A stretch of DNA of 64,000 nt from Deltaproteobacteria bacterium (GTDB lineage: Bacteria > Desulfobacterota > JAENJC01), in contig JAUSKU010000092.1 in assembly GCA_030646755.1 (NCBI GenBank), positions 14,270 to 78,269 of the forward strand, in the 5' to 3' direction. Within the stretch, counting starts at the first letter, position 1. Each line of letters opens with the position of its first letter. Positions 1 to 9,000 of the stretch are shown here, one piece after another. The translations under genes were made by a program, and so were the position numbers. The notes under the pieces are model-generated. The model was not told the origin of the DNA. It saw only the letters and a list, made by a program, of their open reading frames with translations, and did no database searches.

Positions 1-651
1 AACAGCATCAAGAACTGGCAGATACTAAAGGAGCACAATAAGCTGGTCGGTTCAAAAATGAACAATATCGTTAAAGCCTTGGGGAATTGCATCTTGCCTA
101 CCGCAGAGCTTGAGAAAGCAGCTATATGGCACGACTCAGGGAAGGCCCATGTGAAGTTTCAGGAATTTTTGTGCGGGGATGATGAGGCAAAAATGAAAGA
201 AGCAATCTGGGCAAAGTCTCCTTTCAGAAACCGAAAACACAAAAGGCCTTATTTCCGGCATGAGCTTGCCAGCGGGCTTGCGGCGCTCCAGAACGGGCAA
301 AGCGACCTTGTGGCATATCTTGCCGCGGCCCATCACGGGAAGGTGCGGCTGTCAATCCGCTCTCTTCCGGGAGAGAAAATACCGGACGACTCAAAGACCC
401 GTTTTGCGCGGGGCATTTGGGAAGGCGATGAACTGCCGCCAACCAAGCTTGCCGACGGTGTGATGATGGACAGGACTGTTCTGGATCTGGAGCCGATGGA
501 AATGGGAACTGGCAAAAACGGCCCCAGTTGGCTTGCCAGAACATTAAAACTGCGGGACGACTATGGACCATTTCGCCTTGCATATTTGGAGGCGCTGTTA
601 AAGGCCGCAGATGAAAGGGGGAGCAGAGAACAGGAGGCAGGCCATGAGTAA
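1..651 (+). CDS. cas3: Cas3 C-terminal HD nuclease domain (5'-partial; gene continues upstream of the window)
   Basis: The reading frame is open from base 1. HD-domain motifs are present: WHDSGKAHVKFQ (HDxGK), RHELASG and AAAHHGK. The stop at 649-651 overlaps the start of the next gene. Its position immediately upstream of csx17-csb1-csb2 matches type I-G loci, where Cas3 carries a C-terminal HD domain. Confidence 0.7.
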   Translation, partial: NSIKNWQILKEHNKLVGSKMNNIVKALGNCILPTAELEKAAIWHDSGKAHVKFQEFLCGDDEAKMKEAIWAKSPFRNRKHKRPYFRHELASGLAALQNGQSDLVAYLAAAHHGKVRLSIRSLPGEKIPDDSKTRFARGIWEGDELPPTKLADGVMMDRTVLDLEPMEMGTGKNGPSWLARTLKLRDDYGPFRLAYLEALLKAADERGSREQEAGHE

Positions 652-2812
652 TACCATCCGACTTGAAGGCTGCCGCCCTGAACCGTTGGCCCATTATCTG
701 AAGGCGCTTGCTGTCTTGCGCCTGGTCGCAGAACAGACAGACAGTGAAGCTGCCGGCTTCTGGGATGGGGACACATTCTGCCTCAACACAAGATTAACTG
801 AACAGGAGTTGGCTGAGTTCTTTCTGAAAGACTACACTCCAACGCCGATCATCGCACCGTGGAACGGTGGTAGCGGTTTTTATTATCAGGAAGAAAAGCT
901 CAAGGATAAAGACCCTATAACTGGCAAGCGGAAAAAGACCGGGCAGCGGAATCAGCCCACAGAGGCAACTAAAACCGTTGAACGATTGTTAAACAGCAAA
1001 TCTGAGCGGCTGTCCAATTATCGGAAAGTTCTTTCTGCAGCAAAACAAACCATTCAGTACTTGGGACTTGACGAAGCACCAAAAGACGACGGTAAATACG
1101 ATTTGCTTACCTCACTTCGGGGACGTTTACCCGAAGAAGCTTTAGCCTGGTTTGATGCAGCTGTATTGTTGGGAACAGAAAAAACCGGTTTTCCCCCGCT
1201 TCTTGGGACGGGTGGAAACGATGGCAATTTAGATTTCAGCAATAACTTCATGCAGCGGATAGTAGACATACTTGATGTAGATAGCGGTACTCCGCAATCT
1301 GAAGCAGTCAAATGGCTTAAAACTGCTCTATTTTCTGCAACAATGCCGGGTTTACAGCGCGACTCGGCAGTTGGACAATTCTACCCAGGTGCCGCTGGCG
1401 GCGCTAACGGTACGGCAGGGTTTGATGCCAAATCAATGCTCAACCCCTGGGACTTTTTACTTATGATAGAGGGTTCATTGGCTTTCGTGGCCGCCTCAAC
1501 AAAAAAACTGGGCAACAGATATGACGGCACCCTCAGTTATCCATTTACGTTCAGAGCTTCAGGTGTTAATTATGCAAGCGCCGATAAAAATGATGAAGAC
1601 CCGCGGGGAGAAATCTGGATGCCACTTTGGGAAAAACCTGCCGGAATTTCTGAAATAATGACGCTGTTTGCTGAAGGTCGAGCCACTGTTAACAGAAGAC
1701 AGGCTGTCAATGGAGTTGATTTTGCCCGTGCCGTCGCTACGCTCGGAACAGATCGTGGAATAACAGCATTCAACCGTTTTGGTTTTCAAAAAAGAAATGG
1801 CAAGGCCTACTTCGCTAATCCATTGGGTCGCTGGAAGGTGAACCCTGTCCCTGAAACCAACCTTATCTCTGAAATCGATGGATGGCTTGACAAATTCCGC
1901 CGCGCTGCATCGGGAGACAACGCTCCTGCAAGTATAGGACGCGCTTTACGAGATGTCGAATCCGCGATAATGGAACTTTGCCGCAGTGGCGCGAAAAGAA
2001 ATGCGCAGGCGCTTTGTATCGCGTTTGGAAAGGCAGAGCAGGCCCTGGCAAGGAGCAGCAGTTTTAGCAAGAAAGCGTTTGTCAAACCTATTCCGCTTCT
2101 TTCTGCAAACTGGCTGACCGCCTGTGATGACAACTCTTTGGAGTTCCGCCTTGCCAGTGCATTGGCTTCTGCGGCTATTCGAGAGAATATGGAACCTGTC
2201 CGAGTGAACAGATGGGTCGGTTGGGATGAAAACGACAAGCCGACCCACGTTGTCTGGGGAGAAGGGCGTTTGACTGAAAAGCTCATCTCAGTATTGGAGC
2301 GCCGCATAATTGACAGCAACAGCGATGATAAATATCAGGCATTCACGGCCTACTCAAGCCGTCCGGCTGAGCTTTCCGATATTGCGGCATTCATTAGAGG
2401 AGAGGTTGACGAAACCAGGCTGGAAGACCTATTGTGGGGGCTTAATCTTATAGACTGGCGCAGTGTTGAATATAAAAATAATCCGAGGGAAGAGGGTCGA
2501 CCTATTCCTATTGCATACGCTATGTTGAAGCTTTGTTTCCTCCCCGGTCTGCTTGACGATATAAAGATTCCCGTTCAGCCTGCCATTATTGCAAGGGCCA
2601 AAGCAGGCGATGCCCCGGCGGCCTCAAGGCTTTCCAGTAACCGCCTGACCGCCAGCGGTTTTGTGCCGAGAGTAAAAGGGATTTCAGAAGATCAGCAGAT
2701 TCTGCGGAGATGCGCTGCAGCCCTTTTGTTCCCGATAAAAAGAGAGGGTATACAGTTATTAGCCGGTATGGTTTTGCAACCAACCCAAAAATCGCAACAA
2801 AAAGGAGAATGA
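644..2812 (+). CDS. csx17: Csx17 / Cas8u2 large subunit of a type I-G (I-U) effector
   Basis: The ORF is 722 aa. An AGGAGG ribosome-binding site at 632-637 sits 6 nt before the ATG at 644, and the ORF-track start at 611 is an upstream extension. It lies between cas3 and the cas7 homologue, and its size fits the Csx17 family. Confidence 0.7.
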   Translation: MSNTIRLEGCRPEPLAHYLKALAVLRLVAEQTDSEAAGFWDGDTFCLNTRLTEQELAEFFLKDYTPTPIIAPWNGGSGFYYQEEKLKDKDPITGKRKKTGQRNQPTEATKTVERLLNSKSERLSNYRKVLSAAKQTIQYLGLDEAPKDDGKYDLLTSLRGRLPEEALAWFDAAVLLGTEKTGFPPLLGTGGNDGNLDFSNNFMQRIVDILDVDSGTPQSEAVKWLKTALFSATMPGLQRDSAVGQFYPGAAGGANGTAGFDAKSMLNPWDFLLMIEGSLAFVAASTKKLGNRYDGTLSYPFTFRASGVNYASADKNDEDPRGEIWMPLWEKPAGISEIMTLFAEGRATVNRRQAVNGVDFARAVATLGTDRGITAFNRFGFQKRNGKAYFANPLGRWKVNPVPETNLISEIDGWLDKFRRAASGDNAPASIGRALRDVESAIMELCRSGAKRNAQALCIAFGKAEQALARSSSFSKKAFVKPIPLLSANWLTACDDNSLEFRLASALASAAIRENMEPVRVNRWVGWDENDKPTHVVWGEGRLTEKLISVLERRIIDSNSDDKYQAFTAYSSRPAELSDIAAFIRGEVDETRLEDLLWGLNLIDWRSVEYKNNPREEGRPIPIAYAMLKLCFLPGLLDDIKIPVQPAIIARAKAGDAPAASRLSSNRLTASGFVPRVKGISEDQQILRRCAAALLFPIKREGIQLLAGMVLQPTQKSQQKGE

Positions 2813-2814
2813 AC

Positions 2815-3783
2815 ATGAGTATTAATCTTGATGCACTGAAAACAGTACCACGCCTGCTTATCGAGGCCGAACTCGCCCCCGTCCAGGGGAGCCGCTTTCA
2901 ACCAACGGGGTTCCCCGACCTTGGCGCCGCAACCTACACCCTGCATGATGGCACGGAGATGTGTCTCGTGGAATCGGCACAGAGCATGGCAAACCGCTTG
3001 GAGGCCGTTTGCTGGGATGGCGCGAATAGTGAGCTGATAGACCCGCTGAAGGGCATCCCATATATTAAGGTTGTGGAGGATGGCAAAACAGTTACAACCT
3101 CCATTCTTGATGCCCATCGGATGAATTCTCCATATATACTTGAAGGCGAAGACAAGAGTTTTTTGGAGACAATCAAAAAAGAAATTAATACAGCCAGTGA
3201 CCGTCCCGTGGATATGAGGGCACTAGCAAAATTTGTCTACAAGTACGACACAAATGCCCTGTTACACGGGATATTCATAGCTAAAAGTGATCTGGCAGGC
3301 GGGAGGTTTAAGATAGCGAGGTCACTCTCTTCTTTTATAGAAGCTCGCGGGATAAATGTAGTGGCATCCGGCGGAGTGAAAAATGACCCTGTTAACCCTT
3401 CCGGCGACACAGCCAAAGGTTACGGCAATGTTCCTTTTCACCGGGATGAGTATACTGCCCAGCAGATTACGGCATACTTCAATCTTGATTTAGCTCAGAT
3501 CCGTGGGTTCGGTTTGGGCGGAAATGCTGAAACTCTGCTGATTACACTGGCATTGTTTAAGATACAAAAGTTTCTACAGGAAGGCCTTCGTCTACGGACT
3601 GCTTGCGATTTGAAAGCAGTGTCAATTCAGGTTAAACAGCCAGCAAACTTCGTATTATCACCTCTCGAAGACCTAGGCATGGAGCTGCCAAAGTTAATTT
3701 CATCCTCGGCTGGTTTCGCAGAACCTAAAGTAACAACAGTAAAGTTTTCTCCGTCTAAGCCGAAAAAGGAGGTCATTGCATGA
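2815..3783 (+). CDS. csb1: Csb1 (Cas7 backbone subunit, GSU0053 family)
   Basis: The ORF is 322 aa. AAGGAG at 2802-2807 precedes the ATG at 2815, and the ORF-track start at 2710 lies inside the csx17 coding region. It carries the glycine-rich RAMP motif RFQPTGFPDLG and sits where cas7 belongs in a I-G operon. Confidence 0.75.
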   Translation: MSINLDALKTVPRLLIEAELAPVQGSRFQPTGFPDLGAATYTLHDGTEMCLVESAQSMANRLEAVCWDGANSELIDPLKGIPYIKVVEDGKTVTTSILDAHRMNSPYILEGEDKSFLETIKKEINTASDRPVDMRALAKFVYKYDTNALLHGIFIAKSDLAGGRFKIARSLSSFIEARGINVVASGGVKNDPVNPSGDTAKGYGNVPFHRDEYTAQQITAYFNLDLAQIRGFGLGGNAETLLITLALFKIQKFLQEGLRLRTACDLKAVSIQVKQPANFVLSPLEDLGMELPKLISSSAGFAEPKVTTVKFSPSKPKKEVIA

Positions 3784-5366
3784 TAGCCATCTCCTTTAAG
3801 TTTACGGGGGGCGGGTATCACGCCACTCCGTGGGGGAGGCATGTGAATGAAGGGGCAGTTGAGTGGCCGCCTTCGCCGTGGCGTATCCTGCGGGCTCTGC
3901 TTGCGACAGGGTATAATAAGCTTGGATGGGAGACTGGAAAGCCGGCATCCGAGGCGACAACCCTCATGGAGAAACTTGCGTCAGCGCCGCCTTCATTTAA
4001 CCTGCCGCCTGCGTCACTTGGACATGCGCGCTATTTCATGCCTGCACCTGAGACAAAGACGAAGATTTTTGACGCCTTTGTTGCCATCTCTCCTGAAGAA
4101 TCATTGGTTGCCATATGGGGCGATGTTGAACTAAGCCCGGATGAGACACAGTTGCTGGAGCGGCTTCTATCATCCCTTTCTTATCTTGGTCGTGCAGAAT
4201 CATGGGTAACTGCCAGCCTGCTCGACAAATGGGACGGCAATGCCAACTGCGTACCTTTAAATGGTCACGATATAAAGGAAGGCCAGCAGGTCCGTTTGCT
4301 TGCTGCGCAACCTTCCGAAGACTATAACTCATGGCGCACCGGATTTATTGAGGCTCAGGGGATAAAAGAGGGTGGTAAGAAGAAGGGTAAAGGTGTTTTT
4401 ACCGTGCCGGAAAGCATCTGGCATGTTCTTCATGCCGATACCGCCGAGCTTCAAAAAGAAGGCTGGTCAGTCCCCCCCGGCAGCCGCTGGGTTGAATATC
4501 TTTGTCCAGACGAGCTGTTTTCCGTCGCATACAGCCCTGTGAGAAAATCCGTGTTCCGTCCCACAGTTGCCCGTTATGCCCTCTCCGGTTCCGTCCTCCC
4601 GTTGTTTACTGATGCTCTCTTTCTTGGTGAACGGATGAGGCAGGCTCTGATGCATCATTCTAAGCGGATTAGCGGGGAAGAACATGCCCATCCTGTCTTT
4701 TCGGGCAAGACTGTGGATGGTAAAGCCGGCAAAGACTCCCATAAACACTCTTTTTATCTACCGGCAGATGACGACGGAGATGGACGGATAGACCACATCA
4801 CGGTATACGCATCCGATGGTTTCGATGATGCAGCTCAAAAGGCGCTTGGCGCTGTCAGGAAACTTTGGGGCAGCAGCGGTCACGATATCTACCTGGCCCT
4901 TGTAGGATTAGGAGAGGGGCCGACATATGGAGGATTCAATGTAAATGATGGGCAGACTCAGCAGCTTGCCGAATCAACGGTATGGGAATCTCGTACTCCT
5001 TTCGTCCTTACCCGACATCTCAAGGTAAAGGGCAGTGAACGTCACGACCCGGATGTTTACAGACGTGCTTACAGACGTGAACTGGAGAAGACACTAACTT
5101 TTGAATTGCAGCGAATTCGTCCGGCCCTGCCGGAAATTCTTAGCATTGAACATATAAACAGCACCGTAAACTCAATCGGAAAGGCAGTTCCGTGGTATAG
5201 CTTCAGACGGCAGCGTACAAAAGGCGGCGGAACCAGGGCGTCATTTCAGGGGCATGGATTTCGGGTAATATTCGCTTCGCCCGTACAAGGCCCTCTCATG
5301 GCGGGTTACGGCTGCCACTTTGGTTTGGGGCTCTTTACCCCAACTACCTTGCAAATTAGAGTTTGA
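3780..5366 (+). CDS. csb2: Csb2 (Cas5-Cas6 fusion, GSU0054 family)
   Basis: The ORF is 528 aa. The N-terminus HATPWG...EWPPSPWRILRAL is characteristic of the GSU0054 Cas5 family. Its start overlaps the csb1 stop as ATGA, and AGGAGG lies at 3765-3770. Confidence 0.75.
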   Translation: MIAISFKFTGGGYHATPWGRHVNEGAVEWPPSPWRILRALLATGYNKLGWETGKPASEATTLMEKLASAPPSFNLPPASLGHARYFMPAPETKTKIFDAFVAISPEESLVAIWGDVELSPDETQLLERLLSSLSYLGRAESWVTASLLDKWDGNANCVPLNGHDIKEGQQVRLLAAQPSEDYNSWRTGFIEAQGIKEGGKKKGKGVFTVPESIWHVLHADTAELQKEGWSVPPGSRWVEYLCPDELFSVAYSPVRKSVFRPTVARYALSGSVLPLFTDALFLGERMRQALMHHSKRISGEEHAHPVFSGKTVDGKAGKDSHKHSFYLPADDDGDGRIDHITVYASDGFDDAAQKALGAVRKLWGSSGHDIYLALVGLGEGPTYGGFNVNDGQTQQLAESTVWESRTPFVLTRHLKVKGSERHDPDVYRRAYRRELEKTLTFELQRIRPALPEILSIEHINSTVNSIGKAVPWYSFRRQRTKGGGTRASFQGHGFRVIFASPVQGPLMAGYGCHFGLGLFTPTTLQIRV

Positions 5367-5396
5367 CGAATTTACCACTGTTCTTTGACAAATGAA

Positions 5397-6165
5397 TATT
5401 GCCTCGGCAAAAGCCACGGCCCCATTGAAGCGACTACATCGAGCGCCTTAGTAATAGGGCGTTCCAGTGATTTCCGTGGCTGAAAAGCCACGGCCCCATT
5501 GAAGCAACGCCATATAAGAGAGATACTTTATTGGAACTTCCAGAATTTCCGTGGCTGAAAAGCCACGGCCCCATTGAAGCATATATTGCGGCATCGCTAT
5601 AGCCGCCCTGCCGGCGGCATTTCCGTGGCTGAAAAGCCACGGCCCCATTGAAGCGAGGCTGGCTTGGTATGCTATTCCGGCCCCTGCCCTCATTTCCGTG
5701 GCTGAAAAGCCACGGCCCCATTGAAGCGTTTCCATGCCGCCGGGTCAATAGTAACAACGTGCTTATATTTCCGTGGCTGAAAAGCCACGGCCCCATTGAA
5801 GCGTTTCCCACATCAAGCAGGCCTCGGAGGTTATAGATATTTCCGTGGCTGAAAAGCCACGGCCCCATTGAAGCGATGAGATTATGGACCTGGAAGAACT
5901 GGATATTTTAATTTCCGTGGCTGAAAAGCCACGGCCCCATTGAAGCGACACTATTCCAAGACTATTTGACAAGGAAGATGTCATTTCCGTGGCTGAAAAG
6001 CCACGGCCCCATTGAAGCAGCACCTGGTGAATAACCACTATGGCCGCGCTGATGTAATTTCCGTGGCTGAAAAGCCACGGCCCCATTGAAGCGTCAAGAC
6101 CAAGGAGCTGTTTGACACTTGCCTGACTCATTTCCGTGGCTGAAAAGCCACGGCCCCATTGACTA
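5397..6165 (+). CRISPR. CRISPR array of 11 repeats (36 bp, consensus ATTTCCGTGGCTGAAAAGCCACGGCCCCATTGAAGC) and 10 spacers of 36-39 bp
   Basis: Repeats start at 5397 (5'-degenerate, tattgcctcggcaaaagccacggccccattgaagc), 5470, 5545, 5619, 5692, 5767, 5839, 5911, 5983, 6057 and 6130 (3'-degenerate, ...CATTGACTA). The repeat has an internal hairpin GTGGCT-GAAA-AGCCAC and ends in ATTGAAGC, which resembles the type I 3' handle ATTGAAAC. That supports transcription on the + strand, in the same direction as the cas genes. Confidence 0.95.
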
Positions 6166-6177
6166 TGACCTCTGCTA

Positions 6178-6954
6178 CTATTTAAATATCTCGGCAAAGA
6201 ACATCCTCATCGCCTCCCAAGAGCGTCTATCGGCCTTTTCATCATATGCGACACCCTTGGATTTATCATTTTCAGACTCAGGATTGGTAAAGCTGTGGAC
6301 CGCACCGCCGTAAACTACAACCTGCCAATCCACCCCGGCCTTGCGCATCTCATCCTGAAAGGCCGCCATCTGCTCTGCTGTGACATAGGGGTCGTCCCCG
6401 CCATGAAGGACCAGGACCTTCCCCTTGATATTCGCAGCATCCTTTGGATCAGACGTATCAAGACCACCATGGAAGCTTACAAATCCTGCAAGGGGAGCGC
6501 CACTTCTCGCCAGTTCAAGGATGGTAGTCCCTCCAAAACAGTACCCTATTGCTGCCATCCGCTTTGTATCGGTCAATTCATGTTTCCTGAGAACCTCAAG
6601 CCCTGCATTGGCGCGCTCACGCATCAGCTTCCTGTCGCCCCTGTATTTGCCGGCCAGCGCTCCAGCCTCTTTTGCGTCCTTTGCAACCACTCCCTTCCCG
6701 TACATATCAAGGGCAAAGGCCACGTACCCGAGCCTGGCCAACTGCTCCGCACGCCTCTTCGAATACGCGTTATTCCCCCACCATTCATGAACAACCAGGA
6801 TGCCCGGCCGCTTCCCCTTGATGGAGGCGTCATAGGCAAGATAACCCTCCAGTACCGTGTCCCCATGCTTGTATTCAATAGTTTCAGTGCGCAGCTCGGC
6901 CCCGGCATTAACTGACCATAAACATAAGAAACATATTATCAGCAGATATCTCAT
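6178..6954 (-). CDS. secreted dienelactone hydrolase family protein
   Basis: The ORF is 258 aa with an N-terminal signal peptide. The alpha/beta hydrolase and dienelactone hydrolase motifs GYCFGG and HG are present. Confidence 0.8.
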   Translation of the reverse strand: MRYLLIICFLCLWSVNAGAELRTETIEYKHGDTVLEGYLAYDASIKGKRPGILVVHEWWGNNAYSKRRAEQLARLGYVAFALDMYGKGVVAKDAKEAGALAGKYRGDRKLMRERANAGLEVLRKHELTDTKRMAAIGYCFGGTTILELARSGAPLAGFVSFHGGLDTSDPKDAANIKGKVLVLHGGDDPYVTAEQMAAFQDEMRKAGVDWQVVVYGGAVHSFTNPESENDKSKGVAYDEKADRRSWEAMRMFFAEIFK

Positions 6955-7089
6955 AAAGACCTCCTTTTATTTACGTCAATTTTACACTTGAATTACCATC
7001 CGCGCAAAGTTCGGTGAAGGAGGTTTATTGGGAATGAGTAGAGGCGGATATTAACGGCAGTTAGTAGGGTGTTTATGAGTTCTTCGGCT

Positions 7090-7140
7090 TTGCCTCAGAA
7101 TGACAAACACACGACTGTCATTCTGAGCGAAGCGAAGGGT
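7090..7140. repeat. palindromic element GTCATTCTGAGCGAAGCGAAGGGTCTCA (CACCCTGAG..GAAGGG family)
   Basis: A longer palindromic copy lies at 39075-39135 (gtcaccctgagtgaagcgaagggtctaagattcttcgcttcgctcagaatgac). The motif also appears inside both MITE copies (ccgttcaccctgagcttgtcgaagggt). Confidence 0.65.
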
Positions 7141-7158
7141 CTCATACTTGAATGTTGC

Positions 7159-7875
7159 CTATTGATATTTTCTGTATCTGTATCTGTATCTTATCTTAGG
7201 TATCATCATCAGGCTCTGCCTCATTATCCTGCTGTTAAAAGTAGACTGGCCGACGGTCCTGTCCTCAAATATTATGGGAAGCTCCTTGATCCTGAAACCC
7301 TTTCTGTGGGCCATGAAAAGTATTTCCTGAAGGATAGAGGGTCCTGTTGAGATAAGGTTATTTAGGTCTACTGCCTCTAAAACCTCTCTTCTGAATATCC
7401 TGAACCCGGAAGTGGCGTCTTTGTAGGGGAGGCCCAGGACAAGCCTTATATATAGGTTTGCACCCTTGGTTATCAATTGCCTGAGGGGTCCCCTCCCTGT
7501 CTCCCCCCCACCTTTCACCATTCTGGAGCCTATTAGCAGATCGCAATCTCCCATCTCTCTTAAAAAGCCTGAGATATAGGACGGATTGTGGGAGAAGTCC
7601 GCATCCATCTCTATGACAAACTCCACGCCATGCTTGACCGCATACTGGAAACCTTCTATTCCCGCAGTCCCCCTACCCCTCCGCCCTATGCGCCTCAGAA
7701 GATGGACCCTGGGGTCTCTTTTGGAGTACTCCTCCACGATCTTCCATGTCCCATCCGGGGAGTCGTCATCCACGACCACCACGCCTACATCATCCCCCTG
7801 GGCTAATATCTCGGTTATAAGCCTCTCTATATTTCCCGACTCGTTATAGGTCGGGACCATTGCCATAGCCCTCAT
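7159..7875 (-). CDS. GT2 family glycosyltransferase (polyprenyl-phosphate sugar synthase-like)
   Basis: The N-terminus PTYNESGNIE...VVVVDDDSPDGT is a typical GT2 and dolichol-phosphate mannosyltransferase-like opening. The C-terminal RYRYRYR is encoded by a (TCTGTA)3 hexanucleotide repeat. Confidence 0.8.
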   Translation of the reverse strand: MRAMAMVPTYNESGNIERLITEILAQGDDVGVVVVDDDSPDGTWKIVEEYSKRDPRVHLLRRIGRRGRGTAGIEGFQYAVKHGVEFVIEMDADFSHNPSYISGFLREMGDCDLLIGSRMVKGGGETGRGPLRQLITKGANLYIRLVLGLPYKDATSGFRIFRREVLEAVDLNNLISTGPSILQEILFMAHRKGFRIKELPIIFEDRTVGQSTFNSRIMRQSLMMIPKIRYRYRYRKYQ

Positions 7876-8984
7876 TTATGGACCCACTTCTCAAGCCTCT
7901 TTACCGCATCATATACCTCATCGACAGTGATAGTATTCATGCAGTTCACTTCCTTTTCGCAGTGCTTCTTGTAGCATGGAGCGCAGTCCACCTTCGGGGT
8001 TATCTTTTCCCCCCTTCCATATAACTCAATCTCCTGGGAGCAGGTGGAGCCAAAAATGGCAAGGACCTGCTTCTTTAATGCGATGGCGATATGCATCCCA
8101 AGGGTGTCCCCTGTCACAACCACGTCGCAGCCGTTGACAATCCCGCAGAATTCGAGGAGCGAGTTGTCAGAGCCAGTATCAATGGCCTTTCCCTTGGACC
8201 TTGAGAGTATCTCCTGGTTCTTCTCTTTTTCGGCCTTCCCTCCGAGAAGCAGGACCTTAACATGCCTTTCCTTGGCAAATCTTTCGATAAGAGCGACGTA
8301 ACCTTCGGTAGTCCAGTCCTTGTGCGCAAAGACCCCCCCTGCCCCGGTATTCAGCCCGATAACCATGTCTTGCTTCGTAACGCCAAAAGATTCAAGCTTC
8401 TTTCTTCCCCACTCCAGGAACCTTTCAGGGACCTCAAGGACATAATCATCCTTATGATAGTCAAGTTTGAGGGCATCAAAAATCAGCTCCTGATAAGCCT
8501 TCCTGTTCTGAAAGAATTTGAGTTCATCGGAGAGCCCCAGGGAAAAGTAATACTCCTCTTCCGGGTTAAGGGGATAAACCGTCCCAAATGGAGAAAGGCC
8601 TATACCCAGCTTCTCATGGGCAATGGTTGTCATGGCAAGGGCAGCCACCCTCGGCTCCTTGTCAAGTGATATGAGGACATCAAACTCCTCCACAGCTAGC
8701 CTTGCCAGCGCTGAGGCATCATATACAAGGAGGGTATTAATAAATGAGTTATAGCGCAGGAGATCGGCAACAGCAGGGTCTGTCACCCATGTGATATGGG
8801 AATGAGGATATTTCCTCTTGAGGCCGTGAAGTATAGGGGTGGTCCTCAGGACATCACCCATGGCTGCGTGTTTCAGGACCAGGATCCTTACACCCATAGA
8901 CCTGTAATCCTCGCACCCTTCACACATCCTTCCGAACTTGCAGGGTTTCTCTCCAAGATAATATATGCAGTCAAGTCTTATCAT
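7872..8984 (-). CDS. GT9 family glycosyltransferase (heptosyltransferase-like) with an N-terminal Cys-rich extension
   Basis: The ORF is 370 aa and carries the GT9 motifs LKHAAMGDVLRTTP and TGDTLGMHIAIAL. Its 4-bp overlap with the upstream GT2 gene suggests an operon. Confidence 0.75.
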   Translation of the reverse strand: MIRLDCIYYLGEKPCKFGRMCEGCEDYRSMGVRILVLKHAAMGDVLRTTPILHGLKRKYPHSHITWVTDPAVADLLRYNSFINTLLVYDASALARLAVEEFDVLISLDKEPRVAALAMTTIAHEKLGIGLSPFGTVYPLNPEEEYYFSLGLSDELKFFQNRKAYQELIFDALKLDYHKDDYVLEVPERFLEWGRKKLESFGVTKQDMVIGLNTGAGGVFAHKDWTTEGYVALIERFAKERHVKVLLLGGKAEKEKNQEILSRSKGKAIDTGSDNSLLEFCGIVNGCDVVVTGDTLGMHIAIALKKQVLAIFGSTCSQEIELYGRGEKITPKVDCAPCYKKHCEKEVNCMNTITVDEVYDAVKRLEKWVHK

Positions 8985-9000
8985 TAAAGAACCTCTTTTA

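Noticed and set aside
5397-6165. An alternative minus-strand orientation of the CRISPR array, with the leader downstream at 6166 and beyond
   Set aside because: Only 12 bp separate the last repeat from the stop of the convergent hydrolase gene, so no leader fits. The repeat's 3' end on the + strand (ATTGAAGC) matches the usual type I handle, and the cas genes are on the + strand.
5434-6197. ORF-track ORFs 5434..5868, 5448..5735, 5648..5836 and 5763..6197, with repeated MGPWLFSHGN or LQWGRGFSATE peptides
   Set aside because: They are translations of the CRISPR repeat in different frames and strands. The periodic peptide motifs simply mirror the 36-bp repeat.
6295-6915. 206-aa + strand ORF opposite the dienelactone hydrolase gene
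   Set aside because: It is an antisense ORF in a GC-rich gene. The hydrolase on the minus strand has clear family motifs and a signal peptide.
7069-7350. 93-aa ORF MFMSSSALPQNDKHTTVILSEAKGLILEC...
   Set aside because: It spans the CACCCTGAG/GAAGGG palindromic repeat and the 3' end of the convergent GT2 gene, and it has no ribosome-binding site.
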